Assembly: GCA_040218735.1 (NCBI GenBank)
Contig: JAVJQW010000057.1
Span: forward strand, 256,001 to 320,000
Origin: Deltaproteobacteria bacterium
Lineage (GTDB): Bacteria > Myxococcota > Kuafuiibacteriia > Kuafuiibacteriales > Kuafuiibacteriaceae
Reading direction: 5' to 3'
Length of the DNA: 64,000 bases
Every line of letters starts with the position of its first letter. Position 1 is the stretch's first letter. Positions 47,858-59,098 of the stretch are shown here, piece by piece. The notes under the pieces are model-generated. The model was not told where the DNA came from. It ran no database searches and saw only the letters and a list, made by a program, of their open reading frames with translations. Made by a program: the position numbers and the translations under genes.

Positions 47858-48319
47858 GTGACGAAACTACGACTTGCTCTGACCTCGATGCTGACTGCGG
47901 CGGCGCTGGTGACGAGCTCCGTTGCGATGGCGAGCGACAACCGCGCCATTCACAAGTCGCGCGTGACCCACTCGATGGACGCCGCGAGCGAAGCGATGAA
48001 GCGGCTCGACTACCACGCGAACATGCAGTGCGAGACGCGCTGCGCGCGGTACGAGATGGACCTGGTCATCGCCAAGCGCGCGATGATGAACCTCGAGAAT
48101 TACGCGAACCTCGCGCTCGGTGGGAAGTCGGTCGGTGAGCTCGACCTCGCGCGCATCGACCACGCGCTCAAGGCGGCCAACGAGGCCATCTCGCGCCTCG
48201 ACTACTACGCCGACCGCGTGAACGACCGTTACCGCGCGCGCGTCTCGACGGACGTCTCGATCCTCGACCGCGCGATGTCCATCCTCGGTAACTACGCGCG
48301 CCTCGCGCCGACCGCCTGA
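47858..48319 (+). CDS. small secreted helical protein with internal duplication
   Basis: GGAGG SD; signal peptide; AASEAMKRLDYHA...AMMNLENYA versus AANEAISRLDYYA...AMSILGNYA. Confidence 0.75.
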   Translation: MTKLRLALTSMLTAAALVTSSVAMASDNRAIHKSRVTHSMDAASEAMKRLDYHANMQCETRCARYEMDLVIAKRAMMNLENYANLALGGKSVGELDLARIDHALKAANEAISRLDYYADRVNDRYRARVSTDVSILDRAMSILGNYARLAPTA

Positions 48320-48368
48320 GAGTCCCGCCGAAGCCACGGCGCTCCCCCGTCCGGGGTGAGCGCCGTCT

Positions 48369-49460
48369 TCATTCCGTCAGCACCCGCGAAGCCAATCGAT
48401 ACAACCGATCTCGATCCTCCGTGTCGCCGAACCGGCCGCGAATGAACGCGTCCGAGTTGGCGACGAGCGCGACCCCGACCGCGCGCTCCGGATCCATGAA
48501 GAGCATCGCGCTCGCGCCCGAGGCCGAGCCCGTGTGGCCGAGGTAACGAACGCCTTCGATCTTGTCGTAGTACCAGCCGATGCACTGGTCCGGATCCACG
48601 TCGGGGGCCTGCACCGTCAGCAGGCGTGACGTCGCGTCGGCCGCGAGCACGCCCTCGCCTCCGTTCATGATCGCCGCGAGGTAGCGAGCGAGGTCGTCGA
48701 TGCTCGTTCGCCACGAGCTCGCGGGGTAGAAGTCGAAACCTTCGTGGGGCTGCGGAAAGAGGCCGTCATCGACATTGCCTCCGTACGGCACCGCGACGCG
48801 GTCCACGTCGAGGTCGGCGAGGCGCCACGCCGAGTCGTTCATCGCGAGCGGTCCGAAGATCCGCGTCGCGCTGAGCTGGGGGAGCGGTGTGTTCGTCGCG
48901 CCCTCGAGGACGGCGCCAAGGACTCCGAACCCGGCGTTGGTGTAGCTGTGTCGCTCGCCGGGCGCGCCGTCGAAGTGCTCCGGGTCGGCGAGGTAACTCG
49001 ACGCGAACTCCGCGAGCGACGTCGTCGGGTCACCTTCGCCGGTCGCCGCGCCGAGCGTGATGAAGTCGTCGACGAGCCCCGAGCTGTGCGTGAGCAACAT
49101 GCGGGCGGTGATCGCGTTCGGCTGGGCGATGACCTCGTAGCCGAGCGCGTCGTCGATCGGGGCGTCGAGGTCGATGACACCGTCCTCGGCGAGCTGCATC
49201 GCGAGGAGCGCGGTGACCGTCTTCGACAGGGAGGCGACGTGAAAGGGCGTGCCCGTTTCGGCCGGGCGCCGCGCTGCGTAGTCGGCGAACCCGTACGTAC
49301 CCGTCCACACGACGCGACCGCCCTCGACGCGCGCCGCGACCAGCCCCGGGAAGCCGCCAGCGCGTCCTTCGGCGCGGAGCGCTTCGTCCAGCGACGCGAA
49401 GCGATCGACCTCGGCGCCCCCGCACCCGACGAGCAACAGGCTCAGGACCGCGCCGCGCAT
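48369..49460 (-). CDS. serine hydrolase, beta-lactamase class C / PBP-like lipoprotein
   Basis: LVGC lipobox; FHVASLSK (SxxK), LLTHSSG, YTN, GHTG. Confidence 0.9.
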   Translation of the reverse strand: MRGAVLSLLLVGCGGAEVDRFASLDEALRAEGRAGGFPGLVAARVEGGRVVWTGTYGFADYAARRPAETGTPFHVASLSKTVTALLAMQLAEDGVIDLDAPIDDALGYEVIAQPNAITARMLLTHSSGLVDDFITLGAATGEGDPTTSLAEFASSYLADPEHFDGAPGERHSYTNAGFGVLGAVLEGATNTPLPQLSATRIFGPLAMNDSAWRLADLDVDRVAVPYGGNVDDGLFPQPHEGFDFYPASSWRTSIDDLARYLAAIMNGGEGVLAADATSRLLTVQAPDVDPDQCIGWYYDKIEGVRYLGHTGSASGASAMLFMDPERAVGVALVANSDAFIRGRFGDTEDRDRLYRLASRVLTE

Positions 49461-49500
49461 GACGTCGAGGATCGACGAGAGTGGGACGCGGCGCCATCCG

Positions 49501-51381
49501 TCAGAGCTGGTCGAGCCCGCGGCGCGCGGCCTTCTTCACACGCGCGTCGCCGGTGGCCGCGGCGCGCTCGAAGAGCGCCTTCGCCTCGACTTCGTCGCCG
49601 TCCGCGAGGCGCCTCCACGCGAGCATCAGCGTGACCTCGGCGGCGCGGCGGCCCTCGGGGTGCGCGGCCAAGTAGGCGCGGAGCGCGGGCGTCGCGTCGG
49701 CCGCATCGGCCTTCGCGAGCGCCGCCGCGCGCCAGTACCGCGCGTCCTCGGCGAGCGCCCCACCCGGCTGGTGCTCGAGCACCTCCGCGAAGCGCTCGGC
49801 GGCCGTGCTCGGATCACCCGCGCGCAGGAGACGCCACCCGGAGGCAAACGCGCGCTCGGCCGGCGTGGGGAGCGGCGGCGTGGTCGTCCCGGCGTCGGGC
49901 GCCGAGGCGCCGTCGCCGGACGCTGGAGGGGCGGCCCCGGGCCCAGCATGCTCGCGCGGCGAGTCCGCCGCCGAGGCCGAGGCGCCGGGCGAAGCGGCGC
50001 CCGCGGCGGTGCGCGACGAGGCGGACACACCGGTACCGCGGCCCGACGATGCGGACCCGTCGGGCGACACGCCGCCCGCCCGCGACGAGGCCGACCCGAC
50101 GCCAACGCGCGACGTGCCCGCGGCGCCCGCGCGCGAAGATGCCGAGGCGACGCCGACGCGAGACGGTTCCGATGCACCAGCCCGTTCAGCGCCAGTGGGC
50201 GACGATGCCGACGCACCATCCCGCCGCGACGATGCCGACGCGCCATCACTACCCGCGCCCGCAGACGCGCCCGCGCCCGCGCCGCGACGCGACGATAACG
50301 ACGCACCATCCCGCCGCGACGCTACCGACGCGCCATCGCTACCCGCGCCCGCAGACGCGCCCGCGCCTGCGCCGCGACGCGACGATGACGACGCACCATC
50401 CCGGCGCGACGATGCCGACGCGCCATCGGTACGCGCGCCCGCAATCCCGCCCGCGCCTGCGCCGGTGCGCGATGATGCCGACGTACCATCCCTGCGCGGC
50501 GATGCCGACGCGCTGTCGCGATGTGCGCCCGCGCCGGTTCGCGCGGACGCCGATGCGCCCTCCATCCCGCCTTCGCGCGCCGGTGTTCCCGCGTGCGTCG
50601 CGAGCGCGCCAGCGCCTCGGGGCGCGGTCTGCACCGTGGGCTGGGAGGCACCGTCGGCCGTCGTTCCTCCGGCCCCAGCCTCCGCGTCGGCCTGACCGAC
50701 CTTCGCGGCTCGAGCGCTCGGAGCGCCTTCCCTGGGCGGGCGCGCCGGGCGCGTCCACCGCTCGCCGAGGCGAACGATGTGCGTGGCGCCGTCCGGCGTG
50801 CGCACCGCGACCTGGCCGGAGCGGACGAAGACCTCGCTCAACCGATCGTCCACGACCACCACCTCGAAGTCCGAGCTCTGTACCTCGATGGTCCCGTCCG
50901 CCGTGAGCACCTCGAGCGGCGCGGCCTCGTCCGCCGCTTCGATCGAGACACGGCCCTCACGGACGCGCACGACCTCGCGCGGGGCGTCGCGCTCGACGCG
51001 CGTGAAGTGCTCGAACTGCGCGCCGGCCGGCGCCTGGACTACGGCGGTCCGCGGGGCGTCGTCCGGGCGCGCCGTGAAGAAGAGCGTCACGCCCGCGGCC
51101 ACGGCGGCCGCGGCGAGCGGTGCGGCGTAACGTCGCCAGGTCGGCGCCATCGGCGCAGGCGCGAGCGCCGCCGAGAGGAGCCGGTCCTCCAGGTGGATCG
51201 CCTCGGCGGCCGTCGGGCTCCGCGTCGGGATCTGCTGCGCCGCCTCGCGGAGCGCCTCGAGATCCGCCCACACCCCCGCGCACGCATCGCACGTCGCCAG
51301 GTGCGACGCGATCATCTCGCGGTTCTTCGCGGAGAAGAGCTGCGACAGCTCCTCGAACGTCGGGCACGACCGGCGGGTCAT
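49501..51381 (-). CDS. anti-sigma factor: zinc-finger (HxxxCxxC), TM, FecR-like domain, low-complexity insert, C-terminal TPR
   Basis: SHLATCDAC; VRVREGRV, EVFVRSGQVAV; EDARYWRAAAL, YLAAHPEG. Confidence 0.8.
   Translation of the reverse strand: MTRRSCPTFEELSQLFSAKNREMIASHLATCDACAGVWADLEALREAAQQIPTRSPTAAEAIHLEDRLLSAALAPAPMAPTWRRYAAPLAAAAVAAGVTLFFTARPDDAPRTAVVQAPAGAQFEHFTRVERDAPREVVRVREGRVSIEAADEAAPLEVLTADGTIEVQSSDFEVVVVDDRLSEVFVRSGQVAVRTPDGATHIVRLGERWTRPARPPREGAPSARAAKVGQADAEAGAGGTTADGASQPTVQTAPRGAGALATHAGTPAREGGMEGASASARTGAGAHRDSASASPRRDGTSASSRTGAGAGGIAGARTDGASASSRRDGASSSSRRGAGAGASAGAGSDGASVASRRDGASLSSRRGAGAGASAGAGSDGASASSRRDGASASSPTGAERAGASEPSRVGVASASSRAGAAGTSRVGVGSASSRAGGVSPDGSASSGRGTGVSASSRTAAGAASPGASASAADSPREHAGPGAAPPASGDGASAPDAGTTTPPLPTPAERAFASGWRLLRAGDPSTAAERFAEVLEHQPGGALAEDARYWRAAALAKADAADATPALRAYLAAHPEGRRAAEVTLMLAWRRLADGDEVEAKALFERAAATGDARVKKAARRGLDQL
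50221..50430. repeat. 90-bp tandem duplication (2 full copies plus a partial) inside the anti-sigma linker
   Basis: 50221-50310 and 50311-50400 are near-identical (CCGCCGCGACG...ACGCACCATC). Confidence 0.85.
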
Positions 51382-51956
51382 GGTGCCTCCTTCTGTAGCG
51401 CCTTGCGCAGCCGACGCCGCGCGTGGTGGAGGCGCTTCCACATCGTCCCTGGTCGAACGCCGACGGCGCGCGCCGCGTCGACCCCGGACAGGTCCTCGAG
51501 CTCACACAACACGTAGGCGACGCGGAGGTCGTGCGGCAGGTCGTCCAGCGCCTCCATCACCCGCTCCACGAGCTGACGCCGCGACACGACGTCCTCGATC
51601 AGCGGCGCCTCCTCCTTCGGTTTCGCCGAGAACACTTCGAACAGGTTCGTGCGGCGACGCTCGGACCGACGCTGGTCGCGCGCCACGTTCGACGCGATCC
51701 CCAACAGCCAGGTGCGCACCGTCGACCGGCCGCCGAAGCTCCCGGCGCGGCGCCACGCGGTGAGGAACGTGAGCTGTACGGTGTCGTCGACGCCCGCGTG
51801 CGTCGCGCCGAGGAGCCGCGAAACGAAGCGGAACACCACGTCGCGGTGACGACGGAAGAGCTCCCGCAGCGCATCGCCGTCCTGGCGCGCGCACGCCTGC
51901 AGGAGCGCCTCGTCGCTCGCGGGCGCTTTGCCCAACGCGATGACCTTCGCCGTCAT
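51378..51956 (-). CDS. ECF RNA polymerase sigma factor
   Basis: DDTVQLTFLTAWR, STVRTWLLGIASN, LDDLPHDLRVAYVL, GVRPGTMWKRLHHARRRL. Confidence 0.92.
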   Translation of the reverse strand: MTAKVIALGKAPASDEALLQACARQDGDALRELFRRHRDVVFRFVSRLLGATHAGVDDTVQLTFLTAWRRAGSFGGRSTVRTWLLGIASNVARDQRRSERRRTNLFEVFSAKPKEEAPLIEDVVSRRQLVERVMEALDDLPHDLRVAYVLCELEDLSGVDAARAVGVRPGTMWKRLHHARRRLRKALQKEAP

Positions 51957-52891
51957 CGGCCCCACCTCAGCCCCACGCCGAGCCGCGCCAACCACGCCGA
52001 TTCGGAGGGGAGCGCAAGGGCGGTCGTCGTGGCGGCGTACGACGGCGTGGGCGCGTCTTCCGCTAGGAGCACGTAGGCACCCGACAGGGCGGCCTCGAGC
52101 TGCGTCGACGCCGACAGCGCCCAGCTCGCGCGCACGTGAACCTCGACCGTCGGGCGCACCGAGCTGAAGACGAAGTCGTCGCGCACCAACGGCTCGTCCA
52201 GCACGCAGCGCTCGAACGAACACTGCGACACGTCCGGCTCGACGCGCGATGTACGCGACCACCGCAACCCCGCGGCGACCCCCGGCGCCAACGTTCCGCC
52301 CAACGCCGCCCACGGGCGCTCGACGCCGACCTGCGCCGCCGCGCTCGCGCGACGGCCATCGGACGCGTCGCCTGATACGTCCGCGGGGGCGACGAAGAAG
52401 CGCCCCCCGACGAACCCCACGAAGTCACCCAACGCCAGGTCCACGCGCCCGTAGACCCCGGTCATCAGCACCGCGCGCTCGTCCAGTCCGGCCTCGGCGC
52501 GCACCGCGCCACCGAACGACGTGGGGGCCTCCGTCGCCTCCGGTCGGGCCACCGCACGCACCGGCGCCGAAGGAACGACGGGGCGCGGCGCCTCGACCCG
52601 CGGCGCTCCGGGCGCGGGTCCTTCGACGAGCGCGTCGGTCAGCTCGGTCTCCGCCCAGGACTCCAACACCGCCGCGGCGACGGCGACCGTCGACACGACC
52701 CGAGCTTCACCGTCGGACGAGAGCCGCAAGCGGCCTTGCACCGACTCGACCGTCGCCTCGATGACGCGACAGGTCTCGGGCTCACTCAGCGCGACCTCGA
52801 TCGCTCTCACGATCTCCGATGGTCCACTGAGACGAATACACTCAGTGCCTCCCGAGATCTGCGCAAACAGAGCAAACGCGACGATCATCAT
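51953..52891 (-). CDS. putative outer-membrane protein of the ECF operon
   Basis: C-terminal amphipathic strands ending ARLGVGLRWGR; 4-nt overlaps with both neighbours. Confidence 0.6.
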   Translation of the reverse strand: MMIVAFALFAQISGGTECIRLSGPSEIVRAIEVALSEPETCRVIEATVESVQGRLRLSSDGEARVVSTVAVAAAVLESWAETELTDALVEGPAPGAPRVEAPRPVVPSAPVRAVARPEATEAPTSFGGAVRAEAGLDERAVLMTGVYGRVDLALGDFVGFVGGRFFVAPADVSGDASDGRRASAAAQVGVERPWAALGGTLAPGVAAGLRWSRTSRVEPDVSQCSFERCVLDEPLVRDDFVFSSVRPTVEVHVRASWALSASTQLEAALSGAYVLLAEDAPTPSYAATTTALALPSESAWLARLGVGLRWGR

Positions 52892-53649
52892 AGCGGCGGG
52901 CCCCCCGTCGCACAGACCGAGATCACCGGCTCTTCCGCTACGAAGACGAACCCGGGCGTGCAGGGCTCGGGCGGCTGCGCGCAGACGGCGTCGTGCGTCG
53001 CCTGCTCGACGGTGCACGGATCGCCGCAACGCTCACCGACCATCTCTCCCAGGGCGCCGCAGTCGAACATCCCCTCGCACATCGTGAGCGCGTCGAGCTC
53101 CATCTCACAGGGCGACGTCGTCTCGATACACGCCTCGAAGGTCATACGGAGCGGGCCACAGACCGACTCTTCGTCCGCGTGGCACCGGGTGAGTTGCTCG
53201 TGCAGGCCGTCGCAGACGACCGCCGTGTCCTCGAAACACCGCGTCAGGATGAGTTGCGCCTGCGTGCACAGCTCCTGCGGCTGCGTCAGGCACTGCGACG
53301 GATCCGGCACGGCGAAGATCGCCCCGAGATCGATCGTCGCTTCGGTGGAGCAAACCTCGAAGACCTGATCGAGTCCGTACGTCACCCCGTCGGCGGTCGC
53401 GAACGTCACCTCGAGCAGCGGCGTCTCGGGGACCGCCAGGACGAACGCCCCGTTCGATGCCACCGGCGTCGCCGCGACGAGCACCCCGGCGTTCCGCGCC
53501 ACCACCGTTGAAACCTCCAAGGGCATCTCGACCAGCTCCCCCATCACCAACGCCAGCGGTGACACCTCCGTGCAGCCGGCCACCGCAAACGTCGCCACCG
53601 CCGTCACGAAGACGGTGCGGAGTCGACGGTCGCGGGGCCGAGTGCTCAT
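52888..53649 (-). CDS. Cys-rich lipoprotein with CX9C repeats
   Basis: AVAGC lipobox; CTQAQLILTRC, CDGLHEQLTRC, CGPLRMTFEAC, CEMELDALTMC. Confidence 0.7.
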   Translation of the reverse strand: MSTRPRDRRLRTVFVTAVATFAVAGCTEVSPLALVMGELVEMPLEVSTVVARNAGVLVAATPVASNGAFVLAVPETPLLEVTFATADGVTYGLDQVFEVCSTEATIDLGAIFAVPDPSQCLTQPQELCTQAQLILTRCFEDTAVVCDGLHEQLTRCHADEESVCGPLRMTFEACIETTSPCEMELDALTMCEGMFDCGALGEMVGERCGDPCTVEQATHDAVCAQPPEPCTPGFVFVAEEPVISVCATGGPPL

Positions 53650-53676
53650 CGGGGACACCTCATTGTACGCGCGGGC

Positions 53677-54462
53677 TCACTCGCCCGGCGGCACCTCGGG
53701 ATCGCCGTCCTCGGGCGGCGCGTCGGGTGGGTAGTGTTCGCCGGGCGGCGGCTCGCCGCCGGGCCCACCGGCGCACAGCGAGAAGACCGCCGCTTCGATG
53801 CTGATGCAGGCCTCGGGGCCGTGCTCGCCGAAGCATTGGTCGAGCGCGACGAGCAGGTGGTCACACGTCGACAGCTCGGGGAACGCCCCCGGCGGGCACT
53901 CCGGTCCACGGCCACACACGTGGTCGAGCTCGCGTTCGAGGTCGTGGCACGGCTCCATGCAGGCCACCGCGGCCTCCTCGACCCCCGCGCAGAGCTGATG
54001 CGCCTGTTCGAAGCACTGCTCCGCCTGCAGCCGCAGCGGCTCACAGCCGCCGCCGGCCTGCTCGCAGTCGAACACCGACTCCATCAACGCCTCACACGGC
54101 GCGAACTGCGATTCGTAGCAAGCGCCGAGGTCCTCGTGGAGGTCGCCGCACAGCGGATCGTGCGCCTCGTAGCAGACGTGCACGTCGACCATGAGCTGCT
54201 CGCACAGGTCGCCCCCCTCGGGCGGCCAGGGCTCGGGGCCCTCGGGGCCCTCCGGACCACCGGGCATGCCAGGTTCGCCAGGCATCCCGGGGCCGCCGGG
54301 CGGGCCGGGGTCCTGCGGGCCCTCGGGGCTCATCGTGTCGCCCTGGTTGTTTGTCAGCGCGGCGGCGCCGTTGCCGTCCGCGGTCGGGTCGACGCACGCG
54401 GGCGCCAGCATCCACGCCGCGAGCCCGAGGCTCGCCAGCGCTGAAGACCAAGATCTGCTCAT
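53677..54462 (-). CDS. Cys-rich lipoprotein with Gly/Pro linker and CX9C repeats
   Basis: GAGGAGGAG SD; LAPAC lipobox-like motif; six CX9C motifs. Confidence 0.75.
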   Translation of the reverse strand: MSRSWSSALASLGLAAWMLAPACVDPTADGNGAAALTNNQGDTMSPEGPQDPGPPGGPGMPGEPGMPGGPEGPEGPEPWPPEGGDLCEQLMVDVHVCYEAHDPLCGDLHEDLGACYESQFAPCEALMESVFDCEQAGGGCEPLRLQAEQCFEQAHQLCAGVEEAAVACMEPCHDLERELDHVCGRGPECPPGAFPELSTCDHLLVALDQCFGEHGPEACISIEAAVFSLCAGGPGGEPPPGEHYPPDAPPEDGDPEVPPGE

Positions 54463-54556
54463 CGTTTCCACTCCTCCTCGAACCGCGCAGCGCGCGCTCA
54501 TGAGGTCGTGGCGGTGAGCCGGGGGACCCTTCCCGATTTTTCGAGAAAAGTGCGGT

Positions 54557-54852
54557 TCAGCCGAACAGGCCGTCCATGCGGCAGGGGTAGCCGTAGTCGA
54601 AGGTCCCGCGTCCGCCGGGGTTGTCGGCCGGCGGCGCGCGCCCCGGAGAGCCCGGAGACGGCGCGGTGCCCGGCGAGCTCGTGTACGTGTCGACGACCAT
54701 GTCCTGGTACAGCTCCCCGACGTACCCGCCGTCCGACAAGCGGTGGACGTGGGTCGCGTCGAGGAACCCGACGGGGTGGCCGCTCATGTCGTAGAGGTAC
54801 TGGCCCTCCAGGAACGTGCGCGGCTCTCCCTTGCCGTCGTACAGGAACTTCA

Positions 54853-54853
<1 letters not shown>
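54557..54853 (-). CDS. small 4-fold beta-flower-like protein
   Basis: MKFLYDGKGEP..LYDMSGHPVGFL..DGGYVGEL repeated hairpins; TGATG-coupled to icd. Confidence 0.6.
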
Positions 54854-56160
<1,307 letters not shown>

Positions 56161-56204
56161 GGGTGCGCGCTGTAGCCCACCCTCCGCGACGTGTCCACAC
56201 CGCC

Positions 56205-56258
56205 TGCGGACACCTGTCCGCACCCCCTCGCCGCGCCGCCTGCGGACATCTGTCCGCA
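56205..56258. repeat. two copies of the palindrome TGCGGACA-NN-TGTCCGCA
   Basis: 56205-56222 and 56241-56258, 36-bp period, in the divergent intergenic region. Confidence 0.85.
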
Positions 56259-56315
56259 GTCGAGCCAGACTCGCCGCCGCACGCGCTGGCCCCTTCCTTG
56301 CGTCGGTCCGGCGCG

Positions 56316-57515
56316 ATGCACCCCCGACACACGCTCCCCTGGCTCGGCCTCCTCGCCGCGTGCGGCGCCGACCCCATGACGCCCAGCGTCACGCCGCCGA
56401 GCGGCGCCGCGACGGCCGTGGTCCGGCCGACCACCGTCGTCGACGCGTCGCTCGCGCGGACGTCGATCGCCCTCCCCGCCGAGCTCGACGGCGCCTCGAT
56501 TCGCCACGTCGCGACCCTCGGGACCGCGACCCTCGTCGGTGGCCCCGCGGGGCTGTTCGAGATCGGCGTCGATGGCCTCGCCGCGATCGACCCCACGCCG
56601 GTCTCCGGCCTCACGACGCTCGACGGCGTCGGCATCGTGGTCGCGACCGCGAGCGGCGTGTCGATCTGGAATGGCTCGCTCGAACCGTCCGGCCTCGGCG
56701 ACGCACTCGCGACGATGTCGGTCGACGCCCTCGCCCGCCGCGGCGACGAGCTGTGGCTCGCGACGAACGCGGAGCTGTACCGCTTCGTCGATGACGCGCT
56801 CGTCGCGTTCACGGCGCTACGCGGCCACGCGGTCGGGACGTACAACGGCGCGAGCCGGATCCTCGTCGAGACCGACGGCGGCTACGTCGCGCTCGCCGAG
56901 GCGCCCGACGGATCGTGGACGACGCAGACGATCGACGGCGTCGACGCGGTCGTCCCTGGCGCGAACGATCGGATCTTCGGGCTCCTCGACGGCGCGCTCT
57001 TCGAACGTGTCTCGGTGTCCGCGGACGAGGTCGCGTGGCGGCCCGTCGCGCTGACCGACGCGACCGAGGACCCCGGCGCGCAGGGCGTCACGTTCACCGC
57101 GCTCGACCCCGTGACCGGCGGCGTGTGGTTCGCGACCGCGTCCGGCTACGCGCGGCTGACCGGCGCGACGGTGGAGCGCCTCGACGTCGACGTCCCCGGC
57201 GCGACGTCGCTGCTCGTGTCGACGGACGGCACGCTGTTCGTCACCACCGACTCGACGCTCGAACGCTTCGGCCACGACGGGCCCCCCGTCACGTGGGCCA
57301 ACGACGTGAAGCCGTTCGCCGAGGCGAACTGCGCGCGCTGCCACGTCACGCTCGGCATCGCGCACCCGCTCGAGACCTACGCCGCGTGGGTCGAAGAGGC
57401 GGACCTGATCATCGAAGAGATCGCGGCGTCCCGCATGCCGCAAGACGGCGCGGCCCTCGTGGGCGGCAGCGCCGAGCTCATCCGTCGCTGGAAACTGGGA
57501 GGTTTCGAAGAATGA
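56316..57515 (+). CDS. lipoprotein: beta-propeller plus C-terminal c-type cytochrome domain
   Basis: LLAAC lipobox; [10 protein letters not shown]...NCARCH...RMP (CxxCH with distal Met). Confidence 0.75.
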   Translation: MHPRHTLPWLGLLAACGADPMTPSVTPPSGAATAVVRPTTVVDASLARTSIALPAELDGASIRHVATLGTATLVGGPAGLFEIGVDGLAAIDPTPVSGLTTLDGVGIVVATASGVSIWNGSLEPSGLGDALATMSVDALARRGDELWLATNAELYRFVDDALVAFTALRGHAVGTYNGASRILVETDGGYVALAEAPDGSWTTQTIDGVDAVVPGANDRIFGLLDGALFERVSVSADEVAWRPVALTDATEDPGAQGVTFTALDPVTGGVWFATASGYARLTGATVERLDVDVPGATSLLVSTDGTLFVTTDSTLERFGHDGPPVTWANDVKPFAEANCARCHVTLGIAHPLETYAAWVEEADLIIEEIAASRMPQDGAALVGGSAELIRRWKLGGFEE

Positions 57516-59098
57516 GTCCCCGTACGTTGACCCTCGCCGTGGCGTTCACGCTCGCGGCCTCGCCCGCGTGGGCCGAGGTCTGTGACGAGTCCACCGCGAT
57601 CGCCGAATCGCTTCAGTATCTTCGTCGGCTGAGCCTCGACCTACGCGGTCGGGTACCGACGCTCGAGGAGCAGTCCTCGGTCGTCACCAACGGCGCGATC
57701 GACCCGAGCATCATCGAAGCGATGGTCGAGTCCGACGACCTGCTCCACCAGGTTCGACGGCACCACCTCGACATGCTCTGGACCAACCTCGCGAACCTGC
57801 GCATCACGAACCCGCCGTGGATCCTGTCGCCGCCGAACGGGCGTCAGACCGCGCCCGCCTACTTCATCCAGGCGCAGGTGCGACGCACGCGCTATCGCGG
57901 CGGCCCGGTGACCTGCCTCGACGAACCCGCGCGGTTCGACGGCGAGGGCAACATCCAGACGACGGTCGACGCCAACAACCCGAACATCCGGCGCGAGGGG
58001 TGGGTCGAGGTCTCGCCGTACTGGGCGCCGGACACGACGATCCGGGTGTGTGCGTTCGACGCGCAAGAGAACCTGACGGTCACCGACGAACGCGGGAACT
58101 CGATCGACTGCTCGGTGAACATCAACAACACGGGGTGCGGCTGCGGACCGAACCTCCGCTGGTGCCAGTCGCCCGTCGACGGGACGCTCTCGGCGATCAC
58201 CACGTCGATGAACGAGCAGCTGCTCCGCTACATGGACCACGTCGTCCGCGACGACCGGCCGTACACCGACGTCATCCTCGGCAAGGACTTCGAGATCGAC
58301 GGGCCGCTCGCGTTCTGGCTGAACAACCAGTCGCGCACCGGCGGCAACACGCTGCCGGCGGCGCCCCTGCAGGACCACCCGATCCCCGACCGCGCGTTCA
58401 CCGACGCTACGTGGCAGACCGTGCAGCGCGGCGACCAGCACGCGGGGGTGCTGTCGATGCCCGGCTACCTGCTGAAGTTCGGCAGCAACCGCGGCCGCGC
58501 GAACCGCTTCTACGACGCGTTCCTCTGTAAGCACTTCGAGTCGAACGAGCCCATCCCGCCGGCCACGGACGAGTGCCACAAGGAGCCCGACCTCACGAAG
58601 CGCTGCGGCTGCAAGGGCTGCCACCTCGCGGTGGAGCCGGCGGCGGCCCACTGGGGCCGCTGGGCGGAAGCGGGCCTCATCGCGATGACCGACGCGCAGT
58701 TCCCGACCTACAACGAACAGTGCGCGGGTCGAAACGGCGCGCGCATCCCGGTGTGCCGACTCTTCTACTTCACCGAGGCGGACGTCACGGATTCGGCGTC
58801 CGAGTCCGAGTACGTCGGGATGCTCCGCGCGTACGTGTTCGCCGACGAGGCGCGCGCCGCGAACATCGAGGAGGGACCGATCGGCATCGCCGAGAGCGCG
58901 GTCGACACCGGGACCTTCGCGTCCTGCACGGTCGAGAAGATGTGGACGCGGCTGATGTCACATCCGCCGACCGAGGCCGAGGCGGAGACGGTCGCCGAGC
59001 TCGCGGCCGACTTCGCGAATGGCTACAGCCTGAAGTCCCTGATCCACGCGATCGTGCAGCGCCCCGAGTACGTCGAAGCGGCGCGAGGAGGTGAGTGA
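57512..59098 (+). CDS. secreted Cys-rich DUF1549/DUF1585/DUF1588-like protein with CxxCH
   Basis: Signal peptide ...PAWA-E; YLRRLSLDLRGRVPT, HAGVLSMPGYL..NRGRANR, CKGCH, FASCTV, YSLKSLIHAIV..PEY. Confidence 0.75.
   Translation: MSPRTLTLAVAFTLAASPAWAEVCDESTAIAESLQYLRRLSLDLRGRVPTLEEQSSVVTNGAIDPSIIEAMVESDDLLHQVRRHHLDMLWTNLANLRITNPPWILSPPNGRQTAPAYFIQAQVRRTRYRGGPVTCLDEPARFDGEGNIQTTVDANNPNIRREGWVEVSPYWAPDTTIRVCAFDAQENLTVTDERGNSIDCSVNINNTGCGCGPNLRWCQSPVDGTLSAITTSMNEQLLRYMDHVVRDDRPYTDVILGKDFEIDGPLAFWLNNQSRTGGNTLPAAPLQDHPIPDRAFTDATWQTVQRGDQHAGVLSMPGYLLKFGSNRGRANRFYDAFLCKHFESNEPIPPATDECHKEPDLTKRCGCKGCHLAVEPAAAHWGRWAEAGLIAMTDAQFPTYNEQCAGRNGARIPVCRLFYFTEADVTDSASESEYVGMLRAYVFADEARAANIEEGPIGIAESAVDTGTFASCTVEKMWTRLMSHPPTEAEAETVAELAADFANGYSLKSLIHAIVQRPEYVEAARGGE

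Noticed and set aside
48369-49460. Bona fide beta-lactam resistance gene
   Set aside because: The motifs fit the broad serine hydrolase/esterase family; resistance cannot be inferred from sequence.
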